A stretch of 64,000 bases of DNA, from assembly GCF_964355755.1 (NCBI RefSeq), contig NC_092670.1, positions 32,724,388 through 32,788,387 of the forward strand. The letters are read 5' to 3'. The notes below the pieces were generated by a model, which worked only from the letters and a program-made list of their open reading frames with translations, searched no databases and was not told where the DNA came from. The position numbers were made by a program, and so were the translations under genes. Positions 63,899 through 64,000 of the stretch are shown here, piece by piece. The DNA comes from Antedon mediterranea (taxonomy: Eukaryota; Animalia; Echinodermata). Within the stretch, counting starts at the first letter, position 1, and each line of letters opens with the position of its first letter.

Positions 63899-64000
63899 CT
63901 GTAAATAATAATAAATACTGTATTATTAAAATATATTTTAATATTTTATAGATTTTGGTGTTTAAAAATTCAACATTTAGACTGAAGCAAATAAATAAAA

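Overview
AT-rich, intron-containing animal genomic DNA. It is probably from a marine invertebrate deuterostome, inferred only from a Deu/Nin-core SINE and the repeat landscape. There are no prokaryotic features such as CRISPR, rRNA or operons. Main content: (1) a tandem cluster of about 12 two-exon genes and pseudogenes for secreted proteins built as signal peptide, a short 3-Cys motif, a variable Thr/Ser/Pro-rich stalk and one LamG/pentraxin-like domain. One copy is on the minus strand at the window start and the rest are on the plus strand from 19.7 to 60.6 kb, including a recent ~3.9-kb triplication. (2) A multi-exon minus-strand gene (7742-9896) for a secreted CASPR/neurexin-IV-type fibrinogen-like domain fused to a PAN/Apple domain, with a partial duplicate. 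(3) An IS3EU-like DNA transposon remnant (~43.2-48.1 kb) carrying an intact, spliced zinc-ribbon + HECT ubiquitin-ligase gene convergent with a truncated DDE transposase. (4) Many mobile elements: LINE ends, Helitrons, Helentron-type elements, MITEs, SINEs, a 364-bp tRNA-containing tandem repeat and minisatellites. Gene models were assembled by hand from GT-AG sites and frame continuity. Family names come from motif recognition, not database searches.
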